Assembly (NCBI GenBank): GCA_010093745.1
Contig: MU006010.1
Coordinates: forward strand, 62,001-103,988
DNA length: 41,988 nt
Reading direction: 5' to 3'
Source of the DNA: Piedraia hortae CBS 480.64
Lineage: Eukaryota
Position 1 is the first letter of the stretch. Every line of letters begins with the position of its first letter. Position numbers and translations under genes: made by a program. This document shows positions 10,550-20,601 of this stretch, one piece after another. Below the pieces are notes generated by a model. That model made no database searches. It saw only the letters and a list, made by a program, of their open reading frames with translations, and was not told the origin of the DNA.

Positions 10550-12110
10550 GCAACAGTCAGAGGGGCACTTTAGAACATGCCGATATAGCTTTGAACATAC
10601 CAGATAAATTCGAGCAAGCACATAATGGGATGTGCAGAGGATATCGAGGCAAGATGCAAAAGCTCGTATGAAACCCTGTGGTGAGGTCACCTAAAATGAA
10701 GTGTTTGATGTCACGAAAACGGGAGTTGACGTACTAATTCTAGAAATTATCGTGTACTGCGAAAAATGAATATAGCGGATCTTTGGATCAAACCCCTCTT
10801 TAATCCGACTATATCCGGACTCAACTTGCAACGCTTTGGATAACTCAGACGAGGTCGAACGCTCTTCAAGCACGCCCGAGCAATGCCGGTAAATTAATTA
10901 GGAAGACATGAAAAAGTGTATTTTCTTTCCTCTAATCCCAAGTATTGGTTAGCGAGGTTTGAGGGGTCAATGGATGAGACCAGAAGAAAGACGTTTTGAT
11001 TTTTCTTTTCACCCCAAACATACGCTTGAATTCGATCTATTGATCTTTGATATTCACCTGCGTATGGTAAATTGGAGACCGCCATCAAGATGGGAAGATG
11101 CTGTACTGACAATGGCACTGTAAAGAGCTATCAATATTCGAGAAAGAATTAGGGAGTGCACATTGTGCTTTTGTCGAAAAGCTTGTGAGGTTTTACTGGT
11201 GCTGCGGCTTTGGGTAAGACTTGGGAGGGGAATACCAGTTGGTAGAGATGTAAAGTTATCCTTATTGCTGTTTTACTAAAGAAAAACCCAGTTGGGCCAA
11301 GGGCATGGACCTGTCAGCATCCATGGATATAATAAAGTGACACGTTGTGTAAATAATGTGCACATATGTTTACATAAGAGTCTAAGAGCTCCTGGGCGGT
11401 AGTCCGAAATCTTTACGAGATTTACAGCCATTTCTACTCGGGCTTCTTCCACGAGGCTATGTCTACCTAGAATAAAAAAAGGTCTGCTTTGGAAGACCGA
11501 TGGAGGCCAAGTCCGCTAAATGGAGACAAGCGAAAAGTTCAAAGTATCTTCTCGTTGGGGATTGTTGCATCAAGAATCAAAGAAACACAAAAAGTACAAT
11601 TTACAAGCCCCTTGGTACCAAAGCAGTACATGCGCGTACTTCGAAGCGGCTAATCAAGTTTTCCCCTATCGTATAACATTTGGGACAATGGAGAAAAGGA
11701 CGATCCCAGTCTTCTTAGATACGTGCTATTATCACTTGAGTCTTTGGAGGAGTTCAATAACAAGGACTGCCCTCAGCTTACCCTTCCAAAAAATCCGAGT
11801 CGACACTTCATTCGTCACCTTATCATTTCGTCTTAACCCGATCTCTCGGATTTCAAGATCATCTTTTTTGGCTATAGTGTAGCATGGTAGACCTTTCTCC
11901 ACAGTACATCCCAAAGAGATACTGAATCACCTTCCGTCGATAGAGAGATTAGTCAAGGTTCTGCAGCAATATGACCAAAATTTTCAACCATTGTCGAAAA
12001 GAACCATATCAAAACTAGAGCGAGGTACATATCCTTCTCATGATGAGATGTAGGATAACAGCATCAAGCCCGAGAAAGACCGATGCGAGCAGGGCAATCT
12101 GTATGACTCG
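10550..12110 (-). pseudogene. Heavily decayed glycosyltransferase family 8 (GNT1-like) relic, tentative; boundaries approximate
   Basis: Collinear fragments sit in shifting frames with many stops: TM-like RVIQIALLASVFLGLDAVILHLIMRR (~12033-12110), SKYAHV (11627-11644), DSYVNI (11365-11382), IISMDAD DxD (11313-11333), AAAPV (11194-11208), LPYAGEY/NQYLG, and FDPKIRYIHFS (IRYIHFS at 10760-10780). This order mirrors GT8/Gnt1 motifs as I recall them. Confidence 0.35.
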
Positions 12111-12295
12111 TTATCCAAGCCATGGAGCCACGAAGTATCATTAAGTCAGAGTCCTTAATTTAACGTCTCCCAATTGGCATATGTTCAAGGTCGCGCGCTA
12201 CGCAGCTAATTCTACAGCTTCCCACAGTTCATCTTTTCTCCAATTACCTTTTCTAAAAAAAAAAAAAAGAACTCTACAGGGCCAGAAACAAAAAT

Positions 12296-12401
12296 CACGC
12301 ACAAGTGGTGATTTTCACGTAGTCACCCGCCGTGATACTGATCCGCCGGGGCCTGGAGAGTGGATAAGATCCTCCATCCCCAATGACCTATGACCGTATA
12401 A
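12296..12401 (-). pseudogene. Degenerate dispersed 5S rRNA gene copy
   Basis: The minus strand reads TTATACGGTCATAGG..GGATCTTATCCACTCTCC..CCGGCGGATCAGTA..GGCGGGTGACTAC..AATC..TTGTGCGTG, then a T5 run. This follows the ascomycete 5S layout (ACATACGACCATAGG..GATCCCGTCCGCTC..CCGG..TAGTA..GGTGACCAC..GAATC..TTGTATGT) but is only ~106 nt and lacks the central TAAGC segment. Confidence 0.75.
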
Positions 12402-13242
12402 ATCGGAGATGTGATTAAGCACTTTGTTGGTCTTGGCTGTGATGATGAAAACGTTACATGTTTTACTGATTATGATATGTGGAGAAGGAGAGTGGATGCC
12501 TACGGCAAGGCTGGGGCCATCGTAGAATAATCAAATGCAACACATACGGTATTCAAAAAGGAAACTCAGTCTCGGCGTGGGTCGCTTATATCTACCAATC
12601 GACCGTTACACTCCAGATCTCCGGTGTGTAATCATGTGTTAGGGGCAAACAGAGGCGTACATAGGAGAAACAAATCTACTCTCCAGGAGACATGAATGGC
12701 TAGTTACGCGAACAGTTTCAATTTCACCACGAGGTGTGCTAAAATGCTGGAGATGAGGCTGTCCATTCACGAGAAAAGCAATCGTACAAGTGCTGAATGC
12801 CTTCGTTTGAACCCATCGACAATGGAGGACCAGGCAACAGGGAAGTACATTTTTTTTATTCGACAACCTGGATTGATCATCATTTTGCATTATCGTCATT
12901 ACCGTACACATTCCATGAAACACCCACCACAGTGCATGACTAAAGGTCTTATTGGACGTGCGTGCCAAGATACGACGGAAACTAATATTGCCTCAGGATT
13001 TTTTGAACCAAACAAGTACTTCAAGCCATGGGGAGGGAGGCCTGAATTTCCGAATAAAGGGATGTACCGGCATAATTTAAAGGAGATTTAACGAAGTACG
13101 GCCAAGCTTCAGTAGAAAAAATTTCGTGCAACTTTCGAATTTCTTTTTATTCCACCCTGATTCAATGGAATATTTTCGACCCCAAAAATCATGTGGTTAA
13201 ATCCGATTGGGACAAGGCTGGTCCATCGAAAAAAAAAAAGAA

Positions 13243-13331
13243 CTCCCGCGAGGAGGCTCGAACTCCTAACCTTGAGATACCCATCTTCCGATTTAAAAGT
13301 CTCACGCGCTGACCAATTGTGCCACGCGGGA
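13243..13331 (-). tRNA. tRNA-Lys(TTT) with 15-nt intron (13279-13293)
   Basis: Folds as TCCCGCG TG GCAC AATTGGTCA GCGC G TGAGA CT TTT A [intron] A TCTCA AGGTT AGGAG TTCGAGC CTCCT CGCGGGA G, followed by a long T-run terminator. Confidence 0.93.
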
Positions 13332-13534
13332 ATTGTTAATAATAGGGGAGGTAAATCATATTATATAGTGTAGTGGTCTGTGCTATTAGCTGCTGATTGA
13401 CTGCGAACCGTCCTTAACAATTGTCTTCTAGGCGCTTGAAAACTTTTCAGAGCAAAAGAAAGCAAACTTTCGAGGCAGGGAAGTGACATGATAACAAAGA
13501 AATCAATGGACCTCGGCTCATCGTCCTACCAACA

Positions 13535-14070
13535 ATGTCATCCGAGCTCGGACTGGACCTCGCATCCAAGCGTTTACGAAAGCGAAGCGACTACCAATTT
13601 CATCTAGATTATCGAACACGATGGTAGGCTTTTCATTCTATATGATATGGGACAATCTCTTACATCTTTCCAGGCAAGACAACGACATGTATTCGCACCT
13701 GAACAATCCCATCTACGGGGTACTGATTGACAGCATCGTAAACGAATATCTGTTCACTCATTGCGATTACAAGACTTCTTCGTCATACCCACGCCTTGCA
13801 CTCGTAGCCAATTCTTACTGCGATTACTTTGGGGAGTTATCATACCCTGGTGTGCTCAACATTGGACTTCGGGTGGTAAAGCTGGGCAAGAACTCTGTAA
13901 CGTACGAGTGTGGATTCTTTGCCGAGGGAGAAGAGAAAGTCAAGGCTGTCGGAGGCTTTGTGCAGATTTGGGTTAGGAAAACTGACAAGAGGCCACCGGA
14001 CGAGGGGCTGGATCCTGTAGTAAGGAGGGGCTTGGAGAGATTGATGGGTGAAGGAAAACCGAGGTTGTAG
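13535..14070 (+). CDS. Hotdog-fold acyl-CoA thioesterase (4HBT/YbgC-like)
   Basis: Reads YQFHLDYRTRW|QDNDMYSHLNNPIY, LVANSYCDYF, GLRVVKLGKNSVTYECGFF. One 50-nt intron at 13624-13673. Confidence 0.9.
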
Positions 14071-14265
14071 CTCTTGATCTTTTACGCGCGACTCTACTTG
14101 CTATACCAGTACTTGGTGACGACTACATCCATCTGACCTGTGCAGCTGCTAATTTTATGCTTCCCTACAACCCCGCCCTGTCAAACGGGCTCGCAGCCCC
14201 CACTCGACGCCCGCGGACCCACTTCATGCCCGCCATCCGCACTTCACCTCCTGCGCTTCGCAAAT

Positions 14266-15303
14266 ATGACAACAACCCTACCGTCGCCGCCAACCGATGT
14301 GATTTCTTCGCTCCACTTCTGCCCTTCCGGGTCGCTCCTTGCCGTAGGCTCATGGGACTGCAAAATCCACACTTATATCCTAACGGACGGTTCCTGGACG
14401 CCTTCGGCCGCCCATCCGACGCGCGCACCGATCCTGGACCTTTGTTTTGGTGATTCGGACAATCTAATCTACTTTGTCGGCCTCGACCGCGATGTCCGCT
14501 CGCTAAATCTTGATAATGACGAGCAATCTGTTCTTTCGACCCACGAGAAAGCGAGCAACAAGATTGCCTACAGTGCAGCACATGGGCTGCTGATAAGCAC
14601 CGCTTGGGATGGGACGATGCACATCCACGACCTTGAAACGGGGCAAGTGGCGAAGGTCGCCCTCACGACAAAGCCCTTTGGCCTTGCTCTGACGGAGGAT
14701 AAATGTGTCGTGGCCATGGCAGAGAGAAAGGTGAGCATCTATACGATACAGTCATTGCGCGATGCGGTAGATGGCAGGACTGCCGACCCCCAGCCTTGGC
14801 AGAGGAGGGAGAGCTCGCTAAAATTCATGACGCGAGCCATCGCTGCCATGCCAAATGGAACGGGGTTCGTGACTAGTAGTATTGAGGGCCGCGTTGCTGT
14901 GGACTGGTTTGACGAGGGTCATCAGTCCGACGCATACGCCTTCAAGTGTCATCGACAAACCGAGTCCCTACCCTCGAGCAATGGCGTAGATACTGAAGAA
15001 GTGGATCTCGTGTATCCCGTCAACGCAATCGTCTTCCATCCATCACTTGGGACGTTTGCGACGGGCGGCGGTGACGGCGTTGTGGCGTCATGGGATGCGA
15101 ATACGAAGAGGAGGATCAAGAATTACTCTCGCCTTGCAGCTGGCGTGACGAGCATGTGTTTCACACCAGACGGAACGGTCATGGCAGTGGGCATAAGTCC
15201 TACGGGAGAAGATGGAATGGAGAGCGAGAGCGTTAACCCGGACAAGGTGCAGATCGTGATGAGGACGCTGGGTCCAAACGACTTTAAGGGTAGAACCAAG
15301 TAA
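14266..15303 (+). CDS. BUB3: Spindle-checkpoint WD40 protein Bub3 (Bub3/Rae1 family)
   Basis: Motifs: PPTDVISSL, VGSWD, QRRESSLKFMTRA, SSIEGRVAV, YAFKCHR, VYPVNAIVFHP, TFATGGGDG, WDANTKRRIK. RESSLK and GGGDG favour Bub3 over Rae1/Gle2. Confidence 0.88.
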   Translation: MTTTLPSPPTDVISSLHFCPSGSLLAVGSWDCKIHTYILTDGSWTPSAAHPTRAPILDLCFGDSDNLIYFVGLDRDVRSLNLDNDEQSVLSTHEKASNKIAYSAAHGLLISTAWDGTMHIHDLETGQVAKVALTTKPFGLALTEDKCVVAMAERKVSIYTIQSLRDAVDGRTADPQPWQRRESSLKFMTRAIAAMPNGTGFVTSSIEGRVAVDWFDEGHQSDAYAFKCHRQTESLPSSNGVDTEEVDLVYPVNAIVFHPSLGTFATGGGDGVVASWDANTKRRIKNYSRLAAGVTSMCFTPDGTVMAVGISPTGEDGMESESVNPDKVQIVMRTLGPNDFKGRTK

Positions 15304-15514
15304 CGAGGTAGCATTGTTAATTTGCATGTTGGATGGCAACCTAATTTATAGGTAGATTCCGATGCCGATGCCGATCCCTACAGCTTCCGACGGTAGATTG
15401 TGACCTTCAGGACTTTGAACGGTATGCCGGTCTTGGCACACACATGTCAAGCCACTGAGTGCGGGGTAAGCGACATCTCGGGGCGCAATCGTTCCACCGA
15501 CCAAGAGCTGAACA

Positions 15515-16647
15515 ATGTCGGATCTTCTCGTCACCTTGTCGCTGATCCCGGCCATTGCAAAAGTCCTGGTCGCGGTATTGCTTCGCCTGCTATCAGCGCC
15601 TTTCCGCAGCGGCTCACGTGCGCCGGACATCTACAGAGATGTTGGCTACACGGCGATCCGGACATTGCTGAACAGCGTCACTGCTGCGCAGGAGAGGCTA
15701 TCGTTTGTTAACCCGCCCACCGAGAAAATATATCTCGAATTCTGCGAGAAACAGGGATTCCAGCCGGACACCGAGGTCATATCTTCAACCGGCACAAAGC
15801 TGCATTGGCTCGGCCCCAAGTCGGCTGCAAAAACGATTCTTTACTTTCATGGCGGGGGATATGCCCGTGGCTGCTCCATGGCTCATTGGACATGGCTCTT
15901 TGAACTGCAGAATCTGCTGAGGCGAAGTGGTCATGATGTCAGCGTCGCTGTCCTGGGATATACCCGCTCAACGCTGGCGCCATATCCTACGCAACTCCGT
16001 GAGGCAGCAGAATCATTGAACCATGTGCTCGGGTTCAAGAGCCCAAGAGATGTAAGCGTATCTGATTGCCGCCATGTCCATCTAACATGACCCTGCAGCT
16101 CGTTATTGGAGGCGATTCGGCTGGCGGCAACCTTACCATGGCCATCATTTCACACATGTTGCATCCACACCCCGACACAAGCATACCGCACGTGTCGCTC
16201 TCCATGCCTCTGGCGGGTGTAATCTTGCTAAGTCCATGGTGCAGGTTTGCCACAACTGATGCCAGCGTGGTGCGCAACAAGGGCAGCGATCTGATCGGGA
16301 CGGGAGTAGCGCACAGATGGAGTGCAATGTTCCTTGGGCCTCATGCATCAGACCCATACTGTGAGGCCTTGAAGGCTCCGCCGGAGTGGTTCGCCAACCT
16401 TCCCGTACTAACCGACAGGGTTCTTCTGTGGGGCGGTGGCGGTGAATTGCTGATTGATTCGATCTGTGACTTGGCCAAGGTACTGAAGGGTGTCATTGGC
16501 GACAAGCTGGAATTTGTCGAAGAACCAATGGCGGCGCACGAGGCCTTTATCATGGACAAGGCGCTTGGATACGGAACCCGAGGCGAAAAGGCAGAGGGCA
16601 CTGCCGTCATAGAGCAGTGGGTGGGCCGCCAGCTAAGCGTGTCGTAG
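15515..16647 (+). CDS. Alpha/beta hydrolase, hormone-sensitive lipase / Say1-like esterase
   Basis: Has the ILYFHGGGY oxyanion motif, YPTQL, the GGDSAGGNL nucleophile elbow and LLSPW. A 47-nt intron at 16052-16098 joins the two ORFs. Confidence 0.9.
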
Positions 16648-16656
16648 AACGGATAA

Positions 16657-17424
16657 TCAGCCAATCATAGTCTTCTTCCTCCCTCTCATTCTCACGTCCG
16701 CTAGCTTCCTCAATACCGACTTGGCATTGGAGCCTAAAACAGCCACGTATTCATCCAGTACCGTCTGGAAGCGATACTCGAGCAGCGGATGCGTAGACCC
16801 AAAGGCCCGCTCCAGCACGTACAGATCCACGGCGCGATCCTCGTCTTGGACCGAGTTCGTAGCCAGGCCAAAGTCGATCAAGACAAGTTCATCGGCCTTG
16901 GCCGGCTCGAGAGCGCTATGCGGGTCTTCACTGACCATGACGTTGCTGCTCGTAAGATCGCCGTGAATAACACCGGCGGCGTGCAGCCTCCCCACCAACA
17001 CGCCCAGCTGGCGCAGTAATTCCTCCACGCGTCGCTCCTTTTCCGCGGGATGTACGTCCCAGAGTGTCTGCTTCAGGCTCTTTCCCGGAATCCACTCGAG
17101 AGCCAACCATCCGCTCTCCCAATCCGCCCCCAGGACTACTGGGACCCGCACCTTCGGCACCGTCGGTCCGGGATTCTTCTTGCCCTTTGCACCCATCTGT
17201 ACGCCCCCAGCCAGTTTAACCAGCACCCTCATTTCGGCCAACACCCTTGAGCGTGTCAGCCTCATATCAAGTGTCGGATGCCTCCATTTCTTGGGGCTGC
17301 GCACTTTGAGTGCAGCCAAAGTGTCGAGGAAAGGCGTGCGGAAGATCAGGGCCTCGGCGCCTTGAGAGATGAGCACGGTATCTTCCGAGGTAGTAGACGA
17401 GAATGGAGGAGGTAACTTGTCCAT
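16657..17424 (-). CDS. BUD32: KEOPS complex atypical kinase Bud32/TP53RK
   Basis: Motifs: LISQGAEA, KKWRHPTLD, HGDLTSSNVM, LIDFGL, EDRAVDLYVLERAFGSTHP and C-terminal VRMRGRKKTMIG. Confidence 0.96.
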   Translation of the reverse strand: MDKLPPPFSSTTSEDTVLISQGAEALIFRTPFLDTLAALKVRSPKKWRHPTLDMRLTRSRVLAEMRVLVKLAGGVQMGAKGKKNPGPTVPKVRVPVVLGADWESGWLALEWIPGKSLKQTLWDVHPAEKERRVEELLRQLGVLVGRLHAAGVIHGDLTSSNVMVSEDPHSALEPAKADELVLIDFGLATNSVQDEDRAVDLYVLERAFGSTHPLLEYRFQTVLDEYVAVLGSNAKSVLRKLADVRMRGRKKTMIG

Positions 17425-17566
17425 TGAGAGATTGATGATGCAACGTCGGAAGTGGACGAGCTTGCAGCGGCATTTTTCCGCGAAGAGAATCTTGGCGCAC
17501 TGATGATTTGGAGATGGGATGATAAAAAAAACCTAACTAGTAATTTAGAGCAACTACATGAGTAGA

Positions 17567-18673
17567 TCAGAGCTTAGCATGTGCCAGCTCATAGGCCAGA
17601 CCCAACGTCAGTCTACCGTGCTGTATCATATGATCAAAATCCAAGCGGTCAATGGTGTCGCGCTCGCTGTGGATATACGTAGAGGTAAGCTTCATATCCG
17701 ACTCAATCACAAAGGCGCTGGGATATCCGGCTTTGTTGGCTGATGCATGATCTGAGCAAGCATAACCGCACTCTGTTTCCACATAAGGGATGGTGCAGTA
17801 CGAATTGACAACCTTTTTGATAAAGTCGGTGAGGCCAGAGTCGACGTAGTCGGTGATGACGCCCAGGGAGTCGGGCTTGCCAGCATCGAGAGTGCCTTGG
17901 TTGTAGCCAGTCATGTCCTGTTGAAACATTGCCTTGACATCACGACCTTGGGACTGGTAAGCCTTGAAGACGTCACTGCTGCCAAGAAGACCGCCTTCCT
18001 CGGCAGAGTACCAGTGGAACTCAATCGTGTTCTCAGCCTGGCCACTTCGAATGCCATCGTCCGTAAGCAAAACACGCAGAGCTTCGAGAGTAGTTACCGT
18101 GCCAGAGCCATCATCATCGGCTCCGGGAGCACGCAGGTCCATTGGTCCGTCGAGGTTGATGCTGTCCTGGTGCGCACCAATGATGATCGTCTTGGCACTT
18201 TTGCCCGGGATGGTTGCGATGATGGAGTTCTGGCCCCAAGAATGTTTGAAAGGCTTAGCATTTCCAACTTCGCCAAGCGTGTCCTGGACGCGCTTCAGGA
18301 GCCATTCCGAAGACTGACGTCCATAGTCGCTCTTGTAATAGCGGTTGAAGAGGTTGGAGAATGTTTCAAGATTGGACCGCATCTGTTCCTTATCGAGCTG
18401 CTTCAACAGCGGTTGGACATGGGATGACTGAGTTGGCTGGTCGGGGTAGGTAACCGCGTTGGCAGCATGGATGACAGCCGACTTCTCGGACAGGTCGTGG
18501 TTGGTGATGTCGAAAAAGTTGACCCCCTGGCGTCGGAGGTTCCACTTCTCATTTTCGGTCACCCAGGTCGTGTTGCCTGGGCTGACCTCGATATGGAACT
18601 TCTCCACGGGTTGGGGGACTGTCAGGGCAGAAGCTGCCGTAGCCAAGACGGTCAATTGAAAGAATCCCTTCAT
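17567..18673 (-). CDS. LAP1: Secreted leucine aminopeptidase, peptidase family M28 (Lap1-type)
   Basis: Signal peptide [16 protein letters not shown]; zinc-binding motifs [48 protein letters not shown] and YIHS. Confidence 0.93.
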   Translation of the reverse strand: MKGFFQLTVLATAASALTVPQPVEKFHIEVSPGNTTWVTENEKWNLRRQGVNFFDITNHDLSEKSAVIHAANAVTYPDQPTQSSHVQPLLKQLDKEQMRSNLETFSNLFNRYYKSDYGRQSSEWLLKRVQDTLGEVGNAKPFKHSWGQNSIIATIPGKSAKTIIIGAHQDSINLDGPMDLRAPGADDDGSGTVTTLEALRVLLTDDGIRSGQAENTIEFHWYSAEEGGLLGSSDVFKAYQSQGRDVKAMFQQDMTGYNQGTLDAGKPDSLGVITDYVDSGLTDFIKKVVNSYCTIPYVETECGYACSDHASANKAGYPSAFVIESDMKLTSTYIHSERDTIDRLDFDHMIQHGRLTLGLAYELAHAKL

Positions 18674-19534
18674 CTTGCGTAAAAGAGAACAGATGGCGGA
18701 AAGTCAGATGTTGGAGAAAGGGTAGCAATGCTTAGATTTTGGGGAGAGGGAGAGGACGGACCCAAGTACATGTTCAGAGCAACAGGCTTACTCTACCGTC
18801 TTCGATATCATCATCCTCATTGGTATCTTTCATTGGTTCCTTTTCTTAAGAAATACCTTGCAAAAACTTCTGGTCGGGCCTGGCCACGGTCTCGAGTGAA
18901 GCTTGATAAATTGAAGCAGATTGGTATGGTAGTTATGCAATAAATTAAAGGTTCACATGTGTTTGATAACGAGTGGCGTCCGGGGCTAATCACAAAGGGG
19001 CCTGTCATGAACGGCCCGGGGGATTTGCACCTGCCTCCTGCGGGGAAAAACAATTGTCTAACACTCTCACAGACCACAAAAAGTGATAGGGGTATAACAA
19101 CCACGCAGCTATCCACAATCAGATGAACGGTCCTGGTTCCTTCGACGTGGTTTAACAAGCATCTGCTTCACCCTTATCATGACTTGGTTAACCTTCCGCA
19201 TATCATAGCTCTAATTACCGAGGAACACATGATATTTAGCCTTAGACCGCTGATTGAAGTGTCGAATTGTATACATTAGCTGCCAAAGAGTTTACAAGTC
19301 CCTGTTGTAAATGGTCCAGCTTGGACAGGAAAATAATACCATTTAGATCTACCGCCTACTTGGGTTTTCTACCTCCCTCACATCCATTCGTTTGAGTACT
19401 TCTGCATCCTTTCTCATTCATCACATTCCATCTGCTCATACTCGGCACGCTCTCCCCATTAATAAGGGAGTTGACGTCATTGCTCGGACTTTAATCGGGT
19501 TTTGATAGGTATTTTTGTCCAAATGATAAAGGCC

Positions 19535-20041
19535 TCAGTCTTCCCAGATAGTCTCCAAATCCTCGAGAAGTCCGCGTTCGCCCCCACAAACGCTCCACCG
19601 TTTGCGCTCACGAGAGGCGCGCGAGAGGGACCATGATGCGGAGCGTGGCGCATCGAGCGAGCTGCGTCGCCCGACATCGTCGATGATGGCCCTTTCACTT
19701 TGGCTCTGTTCGACGAGCTTCTCGGTGGCCTTTTGCAGCCTCTCAATGCGCTCCGCCTCGGCCGCCTCGCTTTCCAGGTCGGGAGCATCGGCGATGGTAT
19801 CGAGCGACGAGATAGACGTGGATCGCGAGCGCGTCGAGGTCGGCGTGGATGGCACGCTGCCAAACGACGACATGCTGCCACGGTGCTGCAGCGGATGGGC
19901 TTCGTTGAAGCGGGCCATGACGGCCTCGTTGCTGAGCTGAACGTGGCGACGCGGGGGTTGCTGGGCCTGGAACTGACGCTGCAGCGTGAAGTGATTGAAG
20001 GATGCGGCCTGGGGCGCCGAAAGGGCATGTGGACGCGTCAT
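19535..20041 (-). CDS. Conserved Pezizomycotina hypothetical Ser/Arg-rich protein
   Basis: GC-rich, coding-like ORF with SISSLDTIADAPD and C-terminal RKRWSVCGGERG..DLETIWED, a motif I recall from uncharacterised ascomycete proteins. The start at ATG 20041 is inferred. Confidence 0.75.
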   Translation of the reverse strand: MTRPHALSAPQAASFNHFTLQRQFQAQQPPRRHVQLSNEAVMARFNEAHPLQHRGSMSSFGSVPSTPTSTRSRSTSISSLDTIADAPDLESEAAEAERIERLQKATEKLVEQSQSERAIIDDVGRRSSLDAPRSASWSLSRASRERKRWSVCGGERGLLEDLETIWED

Positions 20042-20601
20042 GACAGAGACAGGGGCGGTAACAGAAGAGTCGGACGGCGGACGCGACGTAGAGGAAGAGC
20101 AACAAGACTGCGAGCGCGGGCTGCAGCGAGGTCGTCTGAGAAATGTGGCCACTGCGTCGTCGGAGAGAGCAGGACGGCCTTCCATATTCGAGGGGACATA
20201 AATCACCTGGCCGTTGTCCGGCCCCGAGCGTGACTCCGTCAGCGGGGACCGCTCCCGCTGCCAAGAGCCCCGTCACATGATTCGCACTGGAATTTTTACC
20301 GCGGGGCAGCTGACGCCGACTTTCTAAATGCGGAAAAGCTGCGACGTGACCGTCATCACATCCATCATCACATTTCGGTAGGGGGCACTACCGTTCAGGT
20401 CCTGATAATCACATTCAAAACCGCTGTCATGGGCTGTGGCGTGCAGGGCTCAGCCGCCATCCGTCATCCATCAGCCGTCGGTGCCGCTAATATCAGATCG
20501 TCACTGCTCGCTAATCGCGGATGAAGGTCGTAGCCTCGACTCGCTGAGACTGACACCCACCCCCCCCCTCCCCTCCCTCCCAATCCACCCAGTAGACTAT
20601 T

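Noticed and set aside
12439..12470. TGATGA...CTGA, possible C/D snoRNA
   Set aside because: The boxes are under 30 nt apart, with no downstream D box or terminal stem.
12255..13246. Shared GAGTTC(T)n trailer after the 5S relic and after tRNA-Lys, as a possible LTR/TSD or duplicated end
   Set aside because: Only 6 nt of identity beyond the homopolymer, and no transposase, RT or LTR signatures in between.
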